63,964 nucleotides of DNA, filler included, from 5 parts of 5 records of this genome joined end to end with filler, not necessarily neighbours in it; one strand, 5' to 3'; counted from the first letter of the whole stretch, positions 24,367-35,118 are shown. Numbers and translations are program-made. The notes: generated from the sequence alone by a model not told the origin.

Positions 24367-25785
24367 ATGAAAGACAAATTACAGTTTTATATCAATGGCG
24401 TATGGGTTGACTCAGAATCAACTGAAAGAATTGAGGTAATTAATCCTGCAAATGAAGAGCCTATAGGTCATGTTGCTGCTGGTACAAGGGATGATATTGA
24501 TAAGGCAGTATCATCAGCAGCTGAGGCTTTTAAAACATATCAACTAACATCAAAAGAAGATCGCATTGAGATCTTGAATAATATTATTACCGAATATGAA
24601 AATAGATATGATGATTTAGTTCAAACTATTACAGAAGAAATGGGCGCCCCAATCTGGCTCTCAGACAAAGCCCAGGCATCAACAGGAATTAAGAATTTAC
24701 ATGAAACTTTGGATGCACTTAAAGAGTATGAGTTTGAAAAAAAAGAAGGCAGTTACACTTTAATAAGAGAGCCTATTGGAGTGGTAGGAATGATCACTCC
24801 GTGGAACTGGCCCATGAATCAAATAACAACAAAAGCATCGGCTGCTCTTGCAGCCGGGTGCTCAATGGTTTTAAAGCCAAGTGAGATTTCTCCATATTGT
24901 GCTCTGCTGCTTGCAGAAGTATTTGATAAAGCCGGTGTTCCAGCAGGTGTGTTTAATTTGGTCAATGGATATGGCCCCATAGTGGGAGCTGCCTTATCGG
25001 ACCACCCTGATGTTGCGATGATGTCTTTTACAGGATCAACTGAAGCCGGAATAGCTGTTGCTCAAGCATCCGCTGTTTCTGTTAAAAGAGTACATCAAGA
25101 ACTTGGCGGTAAATCTTCAAATATAATCCTTGATGATGTAGCAGACCTTGAAAAATCAGTGAGAGGCGGTGCCGGACATTGCTTTTTAAACTCAGGACAG
25201 TCATGCAATGCGCCAACAAAAATGCTAGTTTCTGCAAAAAATTATGACAAAGCAGTTGAAGTTGCGACTAAAACTGCAAACAGCACAACTGTTGGTAATC
25301 CTCAGGGAGAATTCAGAATTGGGCCCATAGCCAATAAACCCCAATATGAAAAGATTCTCAGGATGATAGAAATAGGCATTGCAGAAGGTGCAACTCTGGT
25401 TGCTGGAGGCGTTGAAAAACCTGAAGGTTACGAAAAAGGTTTTTATGTAAAACCAACGGTATTTGCAAACGTAACCAACGACATGACCATAGCAAGGGAA
25501 GAGATTTTTGGTCCGGTCTTATCAATCATGAAATACGATTCTGAAGAAGAGGCAATAGAAATTGCAAATGACACTGAATTTGGATTAGCGGGATATGTTC
25601 AAGGTGAGCCTGAACATGCGAGCAAGGTTGCAAGAAAGATTAGAGCTGGACAAGTTATCATCAATGGCGGAGCTAAAGGAACAGGAGCACCTTTTGGAGG
25701 TTACAAATCTTCGGGCAATGGAAGAGAGCACGGTGTTCACGGCTTAGAAGAATGTCTAGAGACTAAAGCAGTCATCGTGCCGTGA
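24367..25785 (+). CDS. NAD-dependent aldehyde dehydrogenase
   Basis: ITPWNWP, SFTGS, ELGGKS, SGQSC, EEIFGPV. Confidence 0.92.
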   Translation: MKDKLQFYINGVWVDSESTERIEVINPANEEPIGHVAAGTRDDIDKAVSSAAEAFKTYQLTSKEDRIEILNNIITEYENRYDDLVQTITEEMGAPIWLSDKAQASTGIKNLHETLDALKEYEFEKKEGSYTLIREPIGVVGMITPWNWPMNQITTKASAALAAGCSMVLKPSEISPYCALLLAEVFDKAGVPAGVFNLVNGYGPIVGAALSDHPDVAMMSFTGSTEAGIAVAQASAVSVKRVHQELGGKSSNIILDDVADLEKSVRGGAGHCFLNSGQSCNAPTKMLVSAKNYDKAVEVATKTANSTTVGNPQGEFRIGPIANKPQYEKILRMIEIGIAEGATLVAGGVEKPEGYEKGFYVKPTVFANVTNDMTIAREEIFGPVLSIMKYDSEEEAIEIANDTEFGLAGYVQGEPEHASKVARKIRAGQVIINGGAKGTGAPFGGYKSSGNGREHGVHGLEECLETKAVIVP

Positions 25786-25829
25786 GTTAAAACTTGAATG
25801 GTCCTTAAATTAAAAAGCAATAATCTAGT

Positions 25830-25925
25830 TCAAGCCTTTACAAATTCTTTAGAGCAAAATAAACCAATGCCACCACTACCACCAAAGATTAATACACACC
25901 CTGTTTGAAAATTCTTATCAATCAT
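25830..25925 (-). pseudogene. Truncated short-chain dehydrogenase remnant (MIDKNFQTGCVLIFGGSGGIGLFCSKEFVKA*)
   Basis: ATGA-coupled to the aceF stop; Rossmann GGSGGIG motif, then a stop after 31 codons. Confidence 0.7.
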
Positions 25926-27190
25926 TTAAAGTTTTTCTCCATTAATGAGGTGTCTCCTAGCGCAGCACCTAGCTGAGTGATAAATTGCGCAGCATAGACA
26001 CCATTTATCACTCTATGATCATAACTCAAGGATAGCGGTAAAAAATCTCGAGATTCAAACCCATCATTTTTAGTAACTACTTTAGCAAAAGTTTTAGAGA
26101 GCCCAAGAATCCCTACCTCTGGAGGATTGATGATGGGTGTAAAGAATTTTCCTCCTATCGCACCCAATGAGCTAATAGTAAAAGAAGCTCCTTTCAGATC
26201 TGGAATCTTTAGCTTTCTTATTTTTGCTGCAGTTGCCAGCATTACAATTTCTTCAGCGATATTAAGGATTGATTTCTCTTGAACATTCTTGATATTTGGA
26301 ACAATCAAACCCTCTGGAGTATCAACCGCTATACCCATGTTTACATAATTTTTAATAGTTATTTTTTCAAGGTCCTGATCTAAGGAGCTATTGAGCATTG
26401 GAAATTCTGATAACACCTCTGCGGTAATCTTGGCGATAAAAGCTAGCGGGGAGATTTTAAGTTCATATTTATTATTGAGTTGAGCTCTAAGGTCAAGAAG
26501 CTCGGACAGGTCACATTCATCATGCTGGGTAACATGTGGGATATTAATCCAAGAGGTATGAAGGTTAGTTAAAGAGGATTTTTGGAATTTTGATAATGGC
26601 TGTTCTTTGACAGAGCCCCATTTTGAATAATCAATGTTAGGTTGTGTGAAAGTGAATGCACTATTACTTGCGCCGCTCAGACGAGCTTTAACAAAAGCAT
26701 GTAAATCTTCTTTCTGAATTCTATTCTTAGGTCCCGATGCTGCTACCAGGGAAAGCTGAATACCAAACTCTCTGGCCAACTTTCTTACTGCGGGACCAGC
26801 ATAAAAAGATCCCTGGTTGCTAGAATCTTGGGGTGGCGAAGCCATTATCGGTTGCTCAATAGACTTCTCTAACCTATTAAGTGTCTGGGAAATCTCTGGG
26901 GCAATAACAGAATCTATGACTGGCTTCTGCACATCAATAGATGGTTCATCTGCGTCGCCTTCAATCTCTAAAAATGGTGAGCCTGCACTTACTTTATCGC
27001 CAATAGATACTTTAATTTCAAGTACTTTCCCTCCCAGAGAGGTTGGTATTTCCATTGCAGCCTTATCAGACTCCAAAACAATAATGGGATCTTCTTCACT
27101 AACAATATCACCAGGTTTGACACAAATTTCTATAACTTCTACATCCTCGGCTTCTCCTAAATCCGGTATGTTTAATACTTGAGTGCTCAT
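25922..27190 (-). CDS. aceF: Pyruvate dehydrogenase E2 (dihydrolipoamide acetyltransferase), single lipoyl domain
   Basis: LESDKAAMEIP lipoyl site, AGPAVRKLARE, LSYDHRVING. Confidence 0.93.
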   Translation of the reverse strand: MSTQVLNIPDLGEAEDVEVIEICVKPGDIVSEEDPIIVLESDKAAMEIPTSLGGKVLEIKVSIGDKVSAGSPFLEIEGDADEPSIDVQKPVIDSVIAPEISQTLNRLEKSIEQPIMASPPQDSSNQGSFYAGPAVRKLAREFGIQLSLVAASGPKNRIQKEDLHAFVKARLSGASNSAFTFTQPNIDYSKWGSVKEQPLSKFQKSSLTNLHTSWINIPHVTQHDECDLSELLDLRAQLNNKYELKISPLAFIAKITAEVLSEFPMLNSSLDQDLEKITIKNYVNMGIAVDTPEGLIVPNIKNVQEKSILNIAEEIVMLATAAKIRKLKIPDLKGASFTISSLGAIGGKFFTPIINPPEVGILGLSKTFAKVVTKNDGFESRDFLPLSLSYDHRVINGVYAAQFITQLGAALGDTSLMEKNFK

Positions 27191-29823
27191 TAAACCTCCC
27201 AAGGATTGGGTTTGGCAGGATTAACTTTGAGCTTTTTATAAATTTTATTAATCTCAGCTTTGGTCATTGAGCCTTTTTTAAATAAGGCGTAAGCAGCTAT
27301 TCGAGCGATATTATTTGCATCTATTTCAAAAAACTCTCTTAGCTTTTCTCTGGAATCACTTCGGCCGTAACCATCAGTTCCAAGCGTATAAAATGGAGCT
27401 TTGATATAGCTGCGAATTTGTTCAGGATAGGCTCGCATATAATCAGTAGAAGCTATGACTGGAATGGATTTATTGCTCAAGCATTCCTCAACATAACTTA
27501 CTTTTGATAGGAGATCGGGATTAAGCTCATTAAACCGCTGCTTATCAATGCCATCTTTTCTTAGCATGTTGAAACTGGTAACACTCCATACCTCTGCTGC
27601 AATTCCAGTAGAGCTTAAAATCTCTGCAGCTTTAACAGATTCGTTTAAAATTGATCCAGAGCCAAGCAAAATAACTTGAGGCTCTTTGTTTTCAATGAGT
27701 GGATACATCCCTTTAATAATTCCTTCATCGGAACCCTCAGGCTTAGAAGGCTGAGCATAGTTTTCATTGGTTACAGTAATGTAGTAGTAATAATTTTCTA
27801 AATCTACAAACATTTTTTGGATACCATGCTGAAAAATTACTGCAAGTTCATAGGCATAAGCCGGATCGTAGGACAGGCAATTTGGGATAGTGGCTGAAAA
27901 AAGATGGCTGTGGCCGTCTTGGTGCTGAAGACCTTCTCCATTCAGCGTTGTTCTGCCGGATGTTGCACCAATGAGAAACCCTTTGGCCTGTGAATCGCCT
28001 GCTGCCCATGCTAGATCATGAATTCTTTGAAAACCGAACATGGAATAAAAAAGATAAATTGGAACCATTGGAAGGTCATAATTTGAGTAGGCTGTAGCCA
28101 ATGCAATCCATGCAGAAAATGCACCTGATTCATTAATGCCTTCTTCAAGCATCACGCCATCCTTTGATTCCTTGTACCACATGACCTGATCTGCATCCTC
28201 GGGTTTGTATTTTTGACCTTCAGAAGAATAAATGCCTATCTGTCTAAAGAGCCCCTCCATCCCAAAGGTTCTAGCTTCATCAGGAACGATGGGCACTATA
28301 TGTCGCCCAATTTTTTTATCCTTAATTACATCGGTCATCATGCGAACAAAAGACATAGTAGAAGATACTTCTTTGCCATCTGAACCAGACTTATACTTAT
28401 CGAAGATATTAGGGTCTGGCATTGTTAGTTTCTTAATATGCTGACGTCTTCTCGGTATTGGCCCACCCAAACCTTGGCGTGTTTTTAACAAGTATTGAAT
28501 TTCTGGCGAATCTTTAGCTGGCCTGACATATGGTAATTGCTCGATATCATCATCTGACACAGGTATATCAAATTTATCTCTAAAAGACTTGATATTATCT
28601 AGGGTCAATTTTTTGACTTGATGGGTTGTATTATCAGCTTCTCGCGAACCAGTCCCGTAGCCCTTGGTGGTCAAAGCAAGAATTACGGTAGGTGCACCGT
28701 TAGAGTTCACTGCTTTATGATAAGCCGCATAAACTTTATAGGGATCGTGACCGCCTCTATTTAACTTATAAATATCCTCGTCTGTTAGATCCTCAACCAT
28801 TTCCAAGACATCTTGATCTTGACCAAAAAATTTCTCTCTGGTGTATGCGCCACCTTTAGCTTTAAAATTTTGCAGTTCACCATCCACAACTGCATCCATT
28901 AATTCCTGCAATTTTCCCTGTTTATCTCTTGCAAAAATTGGATCCCATTGTCTACCCCATACAACCTTAATAACATTCCAGCCTGAGCCCCTAAATTCTC
29001 TTTCAAGCTCATGAATAATCTTATTATTTCCTCGCACTGGCCCATCAAGCCTCTGGAGATTACAGTTAATTACAAAAATTAAGTTTTCAAGCTTTTCCCG
29101 TCCTGCCAGTCCAATAGCTCCCTTGGATTCTGGCTCATCCATCTCGCCATCACCACAAAATACCCAAACCTTACGATTATTTCTTGGTGCAAGATTTCTA
29201 GCAGAGAGGTATCGCATAATATTTGCTTGATAAATTCCCATGATTGGACCCAAGCCCATTGAAACTGTAGGGAATTGCCAATACTCAGGCATTAGCCAGG
29301 GATGAGGATAGGATGAAATCCCTGGTTTATCTACCTCACGCCTAAAATTATCTAAATCTTCTTCAGAAAAATATCCCTCTAAAAAACTTCTTGCGTATAT
29401 ACCAGGCGAAGAATGCCCTTGAAAATAGATCAAGTCCTCTTGGCCCTTTTCCGAGCCTTGAAAGAAATAGTTAAACCCAACATCATAAAGTGTCGCTGAG
29501 GATGAGAATGTTGCTATATGACCACCCAGATCGTCATCAGATTTATTTGCTCTTAGCACCATTACTAACGCATTCCACCTTATCAGAGATCTAATTTTTC
29601 TCTCCATAAATAAATCCCCGGGCATCTTGGCTTCTTCGCTGACAGGAATAGTATTTCTAAAAGGGGTTGTGAGATTATAATTGGGGATAGTTCCTAGCGC
29701 AGTAAGCTCTGATGCTAGCTTGCCCAAGATAAATGATGCTCGATCGTTACCATCCTCAGAAATAATATTTGTTAAAGCGTCAAGCCATTCTTGAAGCTCT
29801 GGATCACTACTTGATTTCTGCAT
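27190..29823 (-). CDS. aceE: Pyruvate dehydrogenase E1, homodimeric type
   Basis: GGHIATF, FQGHSSPG, QFPTVSMGLGP, GDGEMDEPES, GRTTLNGEGLQH. Confidence 0.97.
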   Translation of the reverse strand: MQKSSSDPELQEWLDALTNIISEDGNDRASFILGKLASELTALGTIPNYNLTTPFRNTIPVSEEAKMPGDLFMERKIRSLIRWNALVMVLRANKSDDDLGGHIATFSSSATLYDVGFNYFFQGSEKGQEDLIYFQGHSSPGIYARSFLEGYFSEEDLDNFRREVDKPGISSYPHPWLMPEYWQFPTVSMGLGPIMGIYQANIMRYLSARNLAPRNNRKVWVFCGDGEMDEPESKGAIGLAGREKLENLIFVINCNLQRLDGPVRGNNKIIHELEREFRGSGWNVIKVVWGRQWDPIFARDKQGKLQELMDAVVDGELQNFKAKGGAYTREKFFGQDQDVLEMVEDLTDEDIYKLNRGGHDPYKVYAAYHKAVNSNGAPTVILALTTKGYGTGSREADNTTHQVKKLTLDNIKSFRDKFDIPVSDDDIEQLPYVRPAKDSPEIQYLLKTRQGLGGPIPRRRQHIKKLTMPDPNIFDKYKSGSDGKEVSSTMSFVRMMTDVIKDKKIGRHIVPIVPDEARTFGMEGLFRQIGIYSSEGQKYKPEDADQVMWYKESKDGVMLEEGINESGAFSAWIALATAYSNYDLPMVPIYLFYSMFGFQRIHDLAWAAGDSQAKGFLIGATSGRTTLNGEGLQHQDGHSHLFSATIPNCLSYDPAYAYELAVIFQHGIQKMFVDLENYYYYITVTNENYAQPSKPEGSDEGIIKGMYPLIENKEPQVILLGSGSILNESVKAAEILSSTGIAAEVWSVTSFNMLRKDGIDKQRFNELNPDLLSKVSYVEECLSNKSIPVIASTDYMRAYPEQIRSYIKAPFYTLGTDGYGRSDSREKLREFFEIDANNIARIAAYALFKKGSMTKAEINKIYKKLKVNPAKPNPWEV

Positions 29824-29949
29824 AAGTTAAGTCAGGTTATATTAAAAAAATCGTTTTACGAACTTTTAAATGTCACTTTATCTATACGTTGTAATTATAA
29901 ATGTTCTTTTATTATTATGAACACTTACGCCTCTGAAAACCCTCAATAA

Positions 29950-29977
29950 TGGTGGGCCCGGGAGGACTCGAACCTCC
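29950..29977 (-). tRNA. 3' part of a tRNA (T-arm, acceptor strand and CCA), probably tRNA-Ile; truncated by the contig end
   Basis: Reverse complement is GGAGGTTCGAGTCCTCC-CGGGCCC-A-CCA; anticodon is outside the contig. Confidence 0.85.
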
Positions 29978-30077
29978 NNNNNNNNNNNNNNNNNNNNNNN
30001 NNNNNNNNNNNNNNNNNNNNNTTAATTAATTAANNNNNNNNNNNNNNNNNNNNNNNNNNNNNNNNNNNNNNNNNNNN
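29978..30077. other. Artificial contig spacer
   Basis: N44-TTAATTAATTAA-N44. Confidence 0.98.
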
Positions 30078-30078
30078 A

Positions 30079-30636
30079 AAAATCAACGGTAACGAAATTC
30101 GTATGGGTAATATTCTAGAACACAACGGTGGACTATGGATTGCTGTTAAAATTGACCATGTTAAACCAGGTAAGGGAGGAGCATTTGCCCAAGTTGAAAT
30201 GAAGAACTTACGCAATGGCTCAAAGCTAAATGAACGCTTTCGCTCAGCTGATAAAGTAGAAAAGGTTCGTTTAGAACAAAAAGACCAACAATTTCTTTAT
30301 GAAAATGATGGGATGCTTGTTTTTATGGATAATGACACATTTGAACAAATTGAACTACCTTCTGACATATTAGGTGAACGAAGACCTTTACTTCAGGATG
30401 GAATGATTATCAAAATTGAATACCACGAAAGAGAAGCACTAAGCGCATCACTTCCCACTAAAGTCATTTGCAAAGTAGTTGAAACAGAGCCTGTAGTAAA
30501 AGGCCAAACCGCTGCAAATAGTTTTAAACCAGCCGTTTTAGATAACGGCCTGAGATTAATGGTTCCTCCGTTTATTGAACAGGACACAGATATTGTCGTT
30601 CATACGGAAACAATGGAATATTCTGAACGCGCGTAA
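30079..30636 (+). CDS. efp: Elongation factor P (first codons cut by the contig edge)
   Basis: KINGNEIR...[10 protein letters not shown]...[11 protein letters not shown]...VPPFI. Confidence 0.97.
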   Translation, partial: KINGNEIRMGNILEHNGGLWIAVKIDHVKPGKGGAFAQVEMKNLRNGSKLNERFRSADKVEKVRLEQKDQQFLYENDGMLVFMDNDTFEQIELPSDILGERRPLLQDGMIIKIEYHEREALSASLPTKVICKVVETEPVVKGQTAANSFKPAVLDNGLRLMVPPFIEQDTDIVVHTETMEYSERA

Positions 30637-30646
30637 ATTTTTTATT

Positions 30647-31528
30647 TCAGGCAACATAGCTCAAATATGAAGAATTAAATTTACGCCCCAGTGCCTTACA
30701 CACTTCACGTGTCATATATGGATCATTTAATGTATAAAAATGTAGGCTATTTATACCTTCTTGTATTAATTCATCACAAATTTCTGTGCAAATAGCTTTA
30801 GATAGTAAAGTTTGTTCTTCTTTATTTCGACAGTTTTCATAAGATTTATTCATCCACTCTGGAGCAACAAGACCACAACGTTTTGTAAATTTTTTTGTTT
30901 TTTCCCAATTTTCAATAGGTAAAATGCCTGGGATAATTTTTTGATTAATTCCAACAGATCTACATTTATCACGAAATCTTAAAAAATCTTCTGCCTCAAA
31001 GAAAAATTGGGTTATAGCGTTATCTGCCCCAGCATCAAATTTTGCCCTTAACATATCTAAATCAGATTGCTCCGATTTAGCCTTAGGATGAATGTTTGGA
31101 TAAGCCGCAACAGATATTTGAAAATTACCAGTGCTTTTCAGTGCACTTATTAATTCAATGGATGATGAGAAAACACCTTTATTAATATTACTTTCATTAT
31201 TCTTGGTAGGCAAATCACCCCTAAGAGCCACTATCCTTTTTGCTCCAAGGCCTGCATATTTCTCAGCAATTTTCATTACTTCTTTTTTTGATGAGCCCAT
31301 ACACGTTAGATGACCGGCCACCTCAAGTTTGTATTCTTTTGCAATTATAGAAAGAGCAGTCTGAGATAGTTCACGAGTAGATCCTCCTGCACCATATGTG
31401 ATTGAAATAAATTTAGGGGTTAATTTCGCTAACTCTTCGATTGTTCGCCAAAGTTTAAAACTTGCATTTAAATCACGCGGTGGAAATATCTCAAAAGATA
31501 ATTCAAAATCTTTATGGTTGATGTTCAT
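30647..31528 (-). CDS. metF: 5,10-methylenetetrahydrofolate reductase
   Basis: SFEIFPP, ITYGAGGST, HLTC, ALRGD, ITQFFF, HFYTLN. Confidence 0.95.
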   Translation of the reverse strand: MNINHKDFELSFEIFPPRDLNASFKLWRTIEELAKLTPKFISITYGAGGSTRELSQTALSIIAKEYKLEVAGHLTCMGSSKKEVMKIAEKYAGLGAKRIVALRGDLPTKNNESNINKGVFSSSIELISALKSTGNFQISVAAYPNIHPKAKSEQSDLDMLRAKFDAGADNAITQFFFEAEDFLRFRDKCRSVGINQKIIPGILPIENWEKTKKFTKRCGLVAPEWMNKSYENCRNKEEQTLLSKAICTEICDELIQEGINSLHFYTLNDPYMTREVCKALGRKFNSSYLSYVA

Positions 31529-31570
31529 AATAATACCTTTTTTTGTACTTATATCACCTAATATTTAACT

Positions 31571-31614
31571 TGAATCAAATTCATATTTTTAATAAATAAT
31601 ATGAAAATATTTAA
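31571..31614. promoter_or_regulatory. MetR binding sites (TGAA-N5-TTCA at 31571-31583; degenerate copy at 31602-31614)
   Basis: Matches the MetR consensus, between divergent metF and metR. Confidence 0.65.
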
Positions 31615-31627
31615 TATTGGATTTTAC

Positions 31628-32518
31628 ATGTATATAGAATTTCGTCATTTAAAAACGATTAAAGCCATTCATGAATATGGTGGACTTGCCAGAGCAGCTG
31701 ATATTTTATGTATTTCACAATCTGCACTATCCCACCAAGTCAAAGCACTAGAAGACCAGGTTGGTATGGAATTATTTCTTAGAAGATCAAAACCATTAAA
31801 ATTATCAAAAGCCGGGCATAAGCTATTAGAATTAGCTGAAAAAATATTACCAGAAGTATCAGCACTTGAAGATGATTTTGCTGGAGTAATAAGTGGTCAG
31901 GGCGGAAGATTACATATAGCAATTGAATGCCATGCTTGCTTTGAGTGGTTATTCCCAGTTTTAGAGAATTTTCGCAAAAGCTGGCCTGACATAGATCTAG
32001 ATATTAAGCCGGGCCTTTCATTTGATGCATTGCCAGCCTTGCAACGTGAAGAAGTTGATATTGTAATATCATCTGATCCAGAAGAAATAGCAGGCATCAC
32101 ATTCAAACCCCTTTTTGAGTATGTTCCTACATTTGTTTGTGCAACAAATCATCCTTATTCAAATAAAGACTTTATAGCTGCTGAAGACTTTCGCGACCAA
32201 ACCTTAATCACATATCCAGTAGATAAAAATAGGCTAGACATTTTTTCACAATTATTAATTCCAGCTCATGTAGAACCCGCAGCGATTAGACAGGCTGAAC
32301 TAACCGCAGTTATCATTCTACTTGTAGCTTCTGGACGTGGGGTCTCTGTATTACCTGATTGGGTAGTAAAAGATCAAAAGTACAAACATAACTTTATTAC
32401 TAAACCTGTAACTGAAAATGGATTAAGTAGAAAACTTTATGCCGCGGTTAGGCAATCAGAAGCAGAAACACCCTTTATGAAAGATTTTATCGAATTAACA
32501 AGAAGTGAAAGAATTTAA
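31628..32518 (+). CDS. metR: LysR-family regulator MetR
   Basis: IEFRHL...SQSALSHQ, GRLHIAIECHACFEWL; divergent from metF. Confidence 0.92.
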   Translation: MYIEFRHLKTIKAIHEYGGLARAADILCISQSALSHQVKALEDQVGMELFLRRSKPLKLSKAGHKLLELAEKILPEVSALEDDFAGVISGQGGRLHIAIECHACFEWLFPVLENFRKSWPDIDLDIKPGLSFDALPALQREEVDIVISSDPEEIAGITFKPLFEYVPTFVCATNHPYSNKDFIAAEDFRDQTLITYPVDKNRLDIFSQLLIPAHVEPAAIRQAELTAVIILLVASGRGVSVLPDWVVKDQKYKHNFITKPVTENGLSRKLYAAVRQSEAETPFMKDFIELTRSERI

Positions 32519-32585
32519 TTTTCTGCTTGGTATCTGCACTTCTTCAGCATATAGGTTCAAAATCCGAATATCAAAGGTTATACCT

Positions 32586-33377
32586 ATGGCTCAATGGTCT
32601 GCAAATATTAATGTAATGTTAAAAGCAATTCGCATCGCTGGTCGTGCTATGATGCGCGATTTTAAAGAAGTTGATAAATTGCAGGTCTCAAAAAAAGGGC
32701 CTAATGATTTTGCAATGCGCGCAGATCAACGTGCAGAAGAAATTCTACAAGAAATGCTTTTCGAAGCACGTCCTAATTATGGATTTGTAGGAACAGGCGG
32801 TATAGAAACAAAAGGCGAAGATCCTACTCGCAGATGGATTGTCCGCCCATTAGATGGGATTGATAACTTTATCCATGGCCTCCCTCATTGGTCAGTATCA
32901 ATAGCACTTGAATACAAAGGTTCTATAGTAGCAGCAGTGGTTTTAAGCCCAGTTATTGAAGAAATATTTTTAGCAGAAAAAGGTGCTGGAACTTGGTTAA
33001 ATGAACAACGTGTTCGAGTTTCAGGACGCACATCCTTAGACCAGATGATATTTGCTACTCAAATGCCATCTGGCAGCAAAGGTGATATTGCTACGCATCT
33101 AAAAGACCTTGCAAGAATATCTCCAAGTGTTGGGGGAATTAGATGCCTAGGCGCTATAGGGCTTGATTTGGCCTACACAGCAGCTGGTCGCAATGATGGG
33201 ATATGGTGTCGTGACTTAACATATTGGGAAATGGCTGCAGGTTTATTGTTAGTTCAAGAAGCTGGAGGCTTATGTGAAGCTATCAATTTACATGGAGATC
33301 CCATGAAAACTGGGACACTAATAGCAGCAAATGGAGAGGGCCATGCTAAATTTTCTAAACTTGTACGTGATACATAA
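32586..33377 (+). CDS. suhB: Inositol monophosphatase-family protein SuhB with degenerate catalytic motifs
   Basis: SANINVM-x-KA-x-R-x-AG...VSKKGPNDF...LPHWSVSIALE...LDLAY; motif reads RPLDGIDNF. Confidence 0.85.
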   Translation: MAQWSANINVMLKAIRIAGRAMMRDFKEVDKLQVSKKGPNDFAMRADQRAEEILQEMLFEARPNYGFVGTGGIETKGEDPTRRWIVRPLDGIDNFIHGLPHWSVSIALEYKGSIVAAVVLSPVIEEIFLAEKGAGTWLNEQRVRVSGRTSLDQMIFATQMPSGSKGDIATHLKDLARISPSVGGIRCLGAIGLDLAYTAAGRNDGIWCRDLTYWEMAAGLLLVQEAGGLCEAINLHGDPMKTGTLIAANGEGHAKFSKLVRDT

Positions 33378-34116
33378 TATCAGCAGTGTTAGCTTTCATA
33401 TTATTGGAAACCCTATCAAATCTTAGATAAGCAATTGCTTTTCCTTTTGATTGAGTAAAAACCATTCCAGCAACCTTTTGATTAGACATAATCGTGGTTC
33501 CAACTGGAACTACTTCAGATATTTCAACAGTCACAAACCCTTTTTTCAATTCAGTCTTGTGCTTCATTCTAGCTGTTACTTCTTGCCCGACGTAACAACC
33601 TTTTCGAAAATCCACCCCAGATAAAATTTCAAAATTTGCTTCTAAAATGTACGTTTCATCAGCAATAAGTTCTATTCCTGTTTCAGGTATGCAGTTTTCG
33701 ACTCTAATTTTATCCCAATCTATAGTTGCACTTTGAGTTTTGATTGGATCATAAACTCTCCAACCAAGCATATGGCTTCTAGGATCTTGAAGAGCGTTTT
33801 CTGGGATTAGCTCTAATCCCCTTCCAACCTTAATATTTGTCTCTTCAATGTTTACATCTGCACGCAATTTATAAAGGTTTAGCCTCTGAATTAATTTATA
33901 TGCTTGGTCTGACGAAACATCTATTAAGTAACCTCCAGGGTATGAGGAAATAAAGAAATCAAATAAGTACTTTCCCTTTGGTGATAAAAGTGCAGCATAT
34001 ACCAAATCATCTTTTGCATGTGAAATATCATTTGTAACTAAACTTTGTAAAAAACTGTCTGTATCGTTGCCAGATATCTTTAATATAGATCTGTTTGTTA
34101 TAATTTCAGGATACAT
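33355..34116 (-). CDS. ygfZ: Folate-binding Fe-S cluster maturation protein YgfZ
   Basis: KGCYVGQE signature; YKLRADV. Confidence 0.92.
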   Translation of the reverse strand: MYPEIITNRSILKISGNDTDSFLQSLVTNDISHAKDDLVYAALLSPKGKYLFDFFISSYPGGYLIDVSSDQAYKLIQRLNLYKLRADVNIEETNIKVGRGLELIPENALQDPRSHMLGWRVYDPIKTQSATIDWDKIRVENCIPETGIELIADETYILEANFEILSGVDFRKGCYVGQEVTARMKHKTELKKGFVTVEISEVVPVGTTIMSNQKVAGMVFTQSKGKAIAYLRFDRVSNNMKANTADIMYHVQV

Positions 34117-34189
34117 GTTGATAACTCAATCTATATTTTAGTATAACTTAAACTTACTTAGCCATAAACATTGGAGATTACCAATATAA

Positions 34190-34867
34190 ATGCCAGCTTT
34201 TTTATCTATTGTCATACCTACCTTAAATTCTACTAAAACAATTGCACCTACTTTGATGTCATTATCCGAAGGTATAACCACTGGTTTGATAAAAGAATTA
34301 ATAATTTCAGATGGAAATTCTACCGATGCTATAAATGAAATGTGTGAAGAAATTGGTGCAATTCTAATAAAAGGAAAAAGAGGTCGGGGAATACAACTTC
34401 ATAGAGGCGCTATGCAAGCAAAGGGGGAATGGATCCTATTTATACATTCTGACACCTTGCTTCCAAGTGGATGGACAGATGCTTTTCTTAATCACATTAA
34501 AACTGGAAAAAATGCGGGATACTGTAAATTAAGTTTTGATGATGCCAGCATAAAGGCAAAAATAATTAGTGCTGGTGCAAACTTAAGGTCAAAGTATTTA
34601 AAACTTCCTTATGGCGACCAATGCTTACTGATTTCAAAAAAACTTTACAAAGAAATTGGAGGATATCCAAATTTGCCAATAATGGAAGATGTTTCGATAG
34701 CAAAACTACTCAAGCATAAGCTTCAATTAATACCAATAGATGTTAAAACATCAGCTCGTAAGTATCAAAACGAAGGATGGATAAAAAGAAGTATTAAAAA
34801 TATAATTTTAGTTCTTAAGTTTAAATTTGGTGCTGACCCTGAAAAATTAGCGAAGTCATACAAATAA
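34190..34867 (+). CDS. GT2 glycosyltransferase (TIGR04283-like)
   Basis: SIVIPTLN, SDGNSTD, FIHSDT, PYGDQ, IMEDV, TSARKY. Confidence 0.85.
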   Translation: MPAFLSIVIPTLNSTKTIAPTLMSLSEGITTGLIKELIISDGNSTDAINEMCEEIGAILIKGKRGRGIQLHRGAMQAKGEWILFIHSDTLLPSGWTDAFLNHIKTGKNAGYCKLSFDDASIKAKIISAGANLRSKYLKLPYGDQCLLISKKLYKEIGGYPNLPIMEDVSIAKLLKHKLQLIPIDVKTSARKYQNEGWIKRSIKNIILVLKFKFGADPEKLAKSYK

Positions 34868-34871
34868 AGAA

Positions 34872-35118
34872 TTAAAGCCCTAAATACTTAGACAACCTAA
34901 ACAGTGGATTAGTCCAATTGTTTTTATTATTTCCAGAAAAAGACTTCTTTCTATTCTCATTTTTATTTTGTGGGCTTAAATCGAATTGTAAATTAAATAA
35001 TTCTGAATAGATTCCACCACGTTCTAGCAATTCTTTGTGAGTTCCTTGGTCAACAATTCGTCCTTTGTCCATTACAACTATTTGATCAGCATCTAAAATG
35101 GTAGATAATCTGTGGGCT
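34872..35118 (-). CDS. C-terminal fragment of an ABC transporter ATP-binding/permease protein (MsbA-like)
   Basis: [31 protein letters not shown]...Y-x-x-L-x-x-LQF. Confidence 0.85.
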
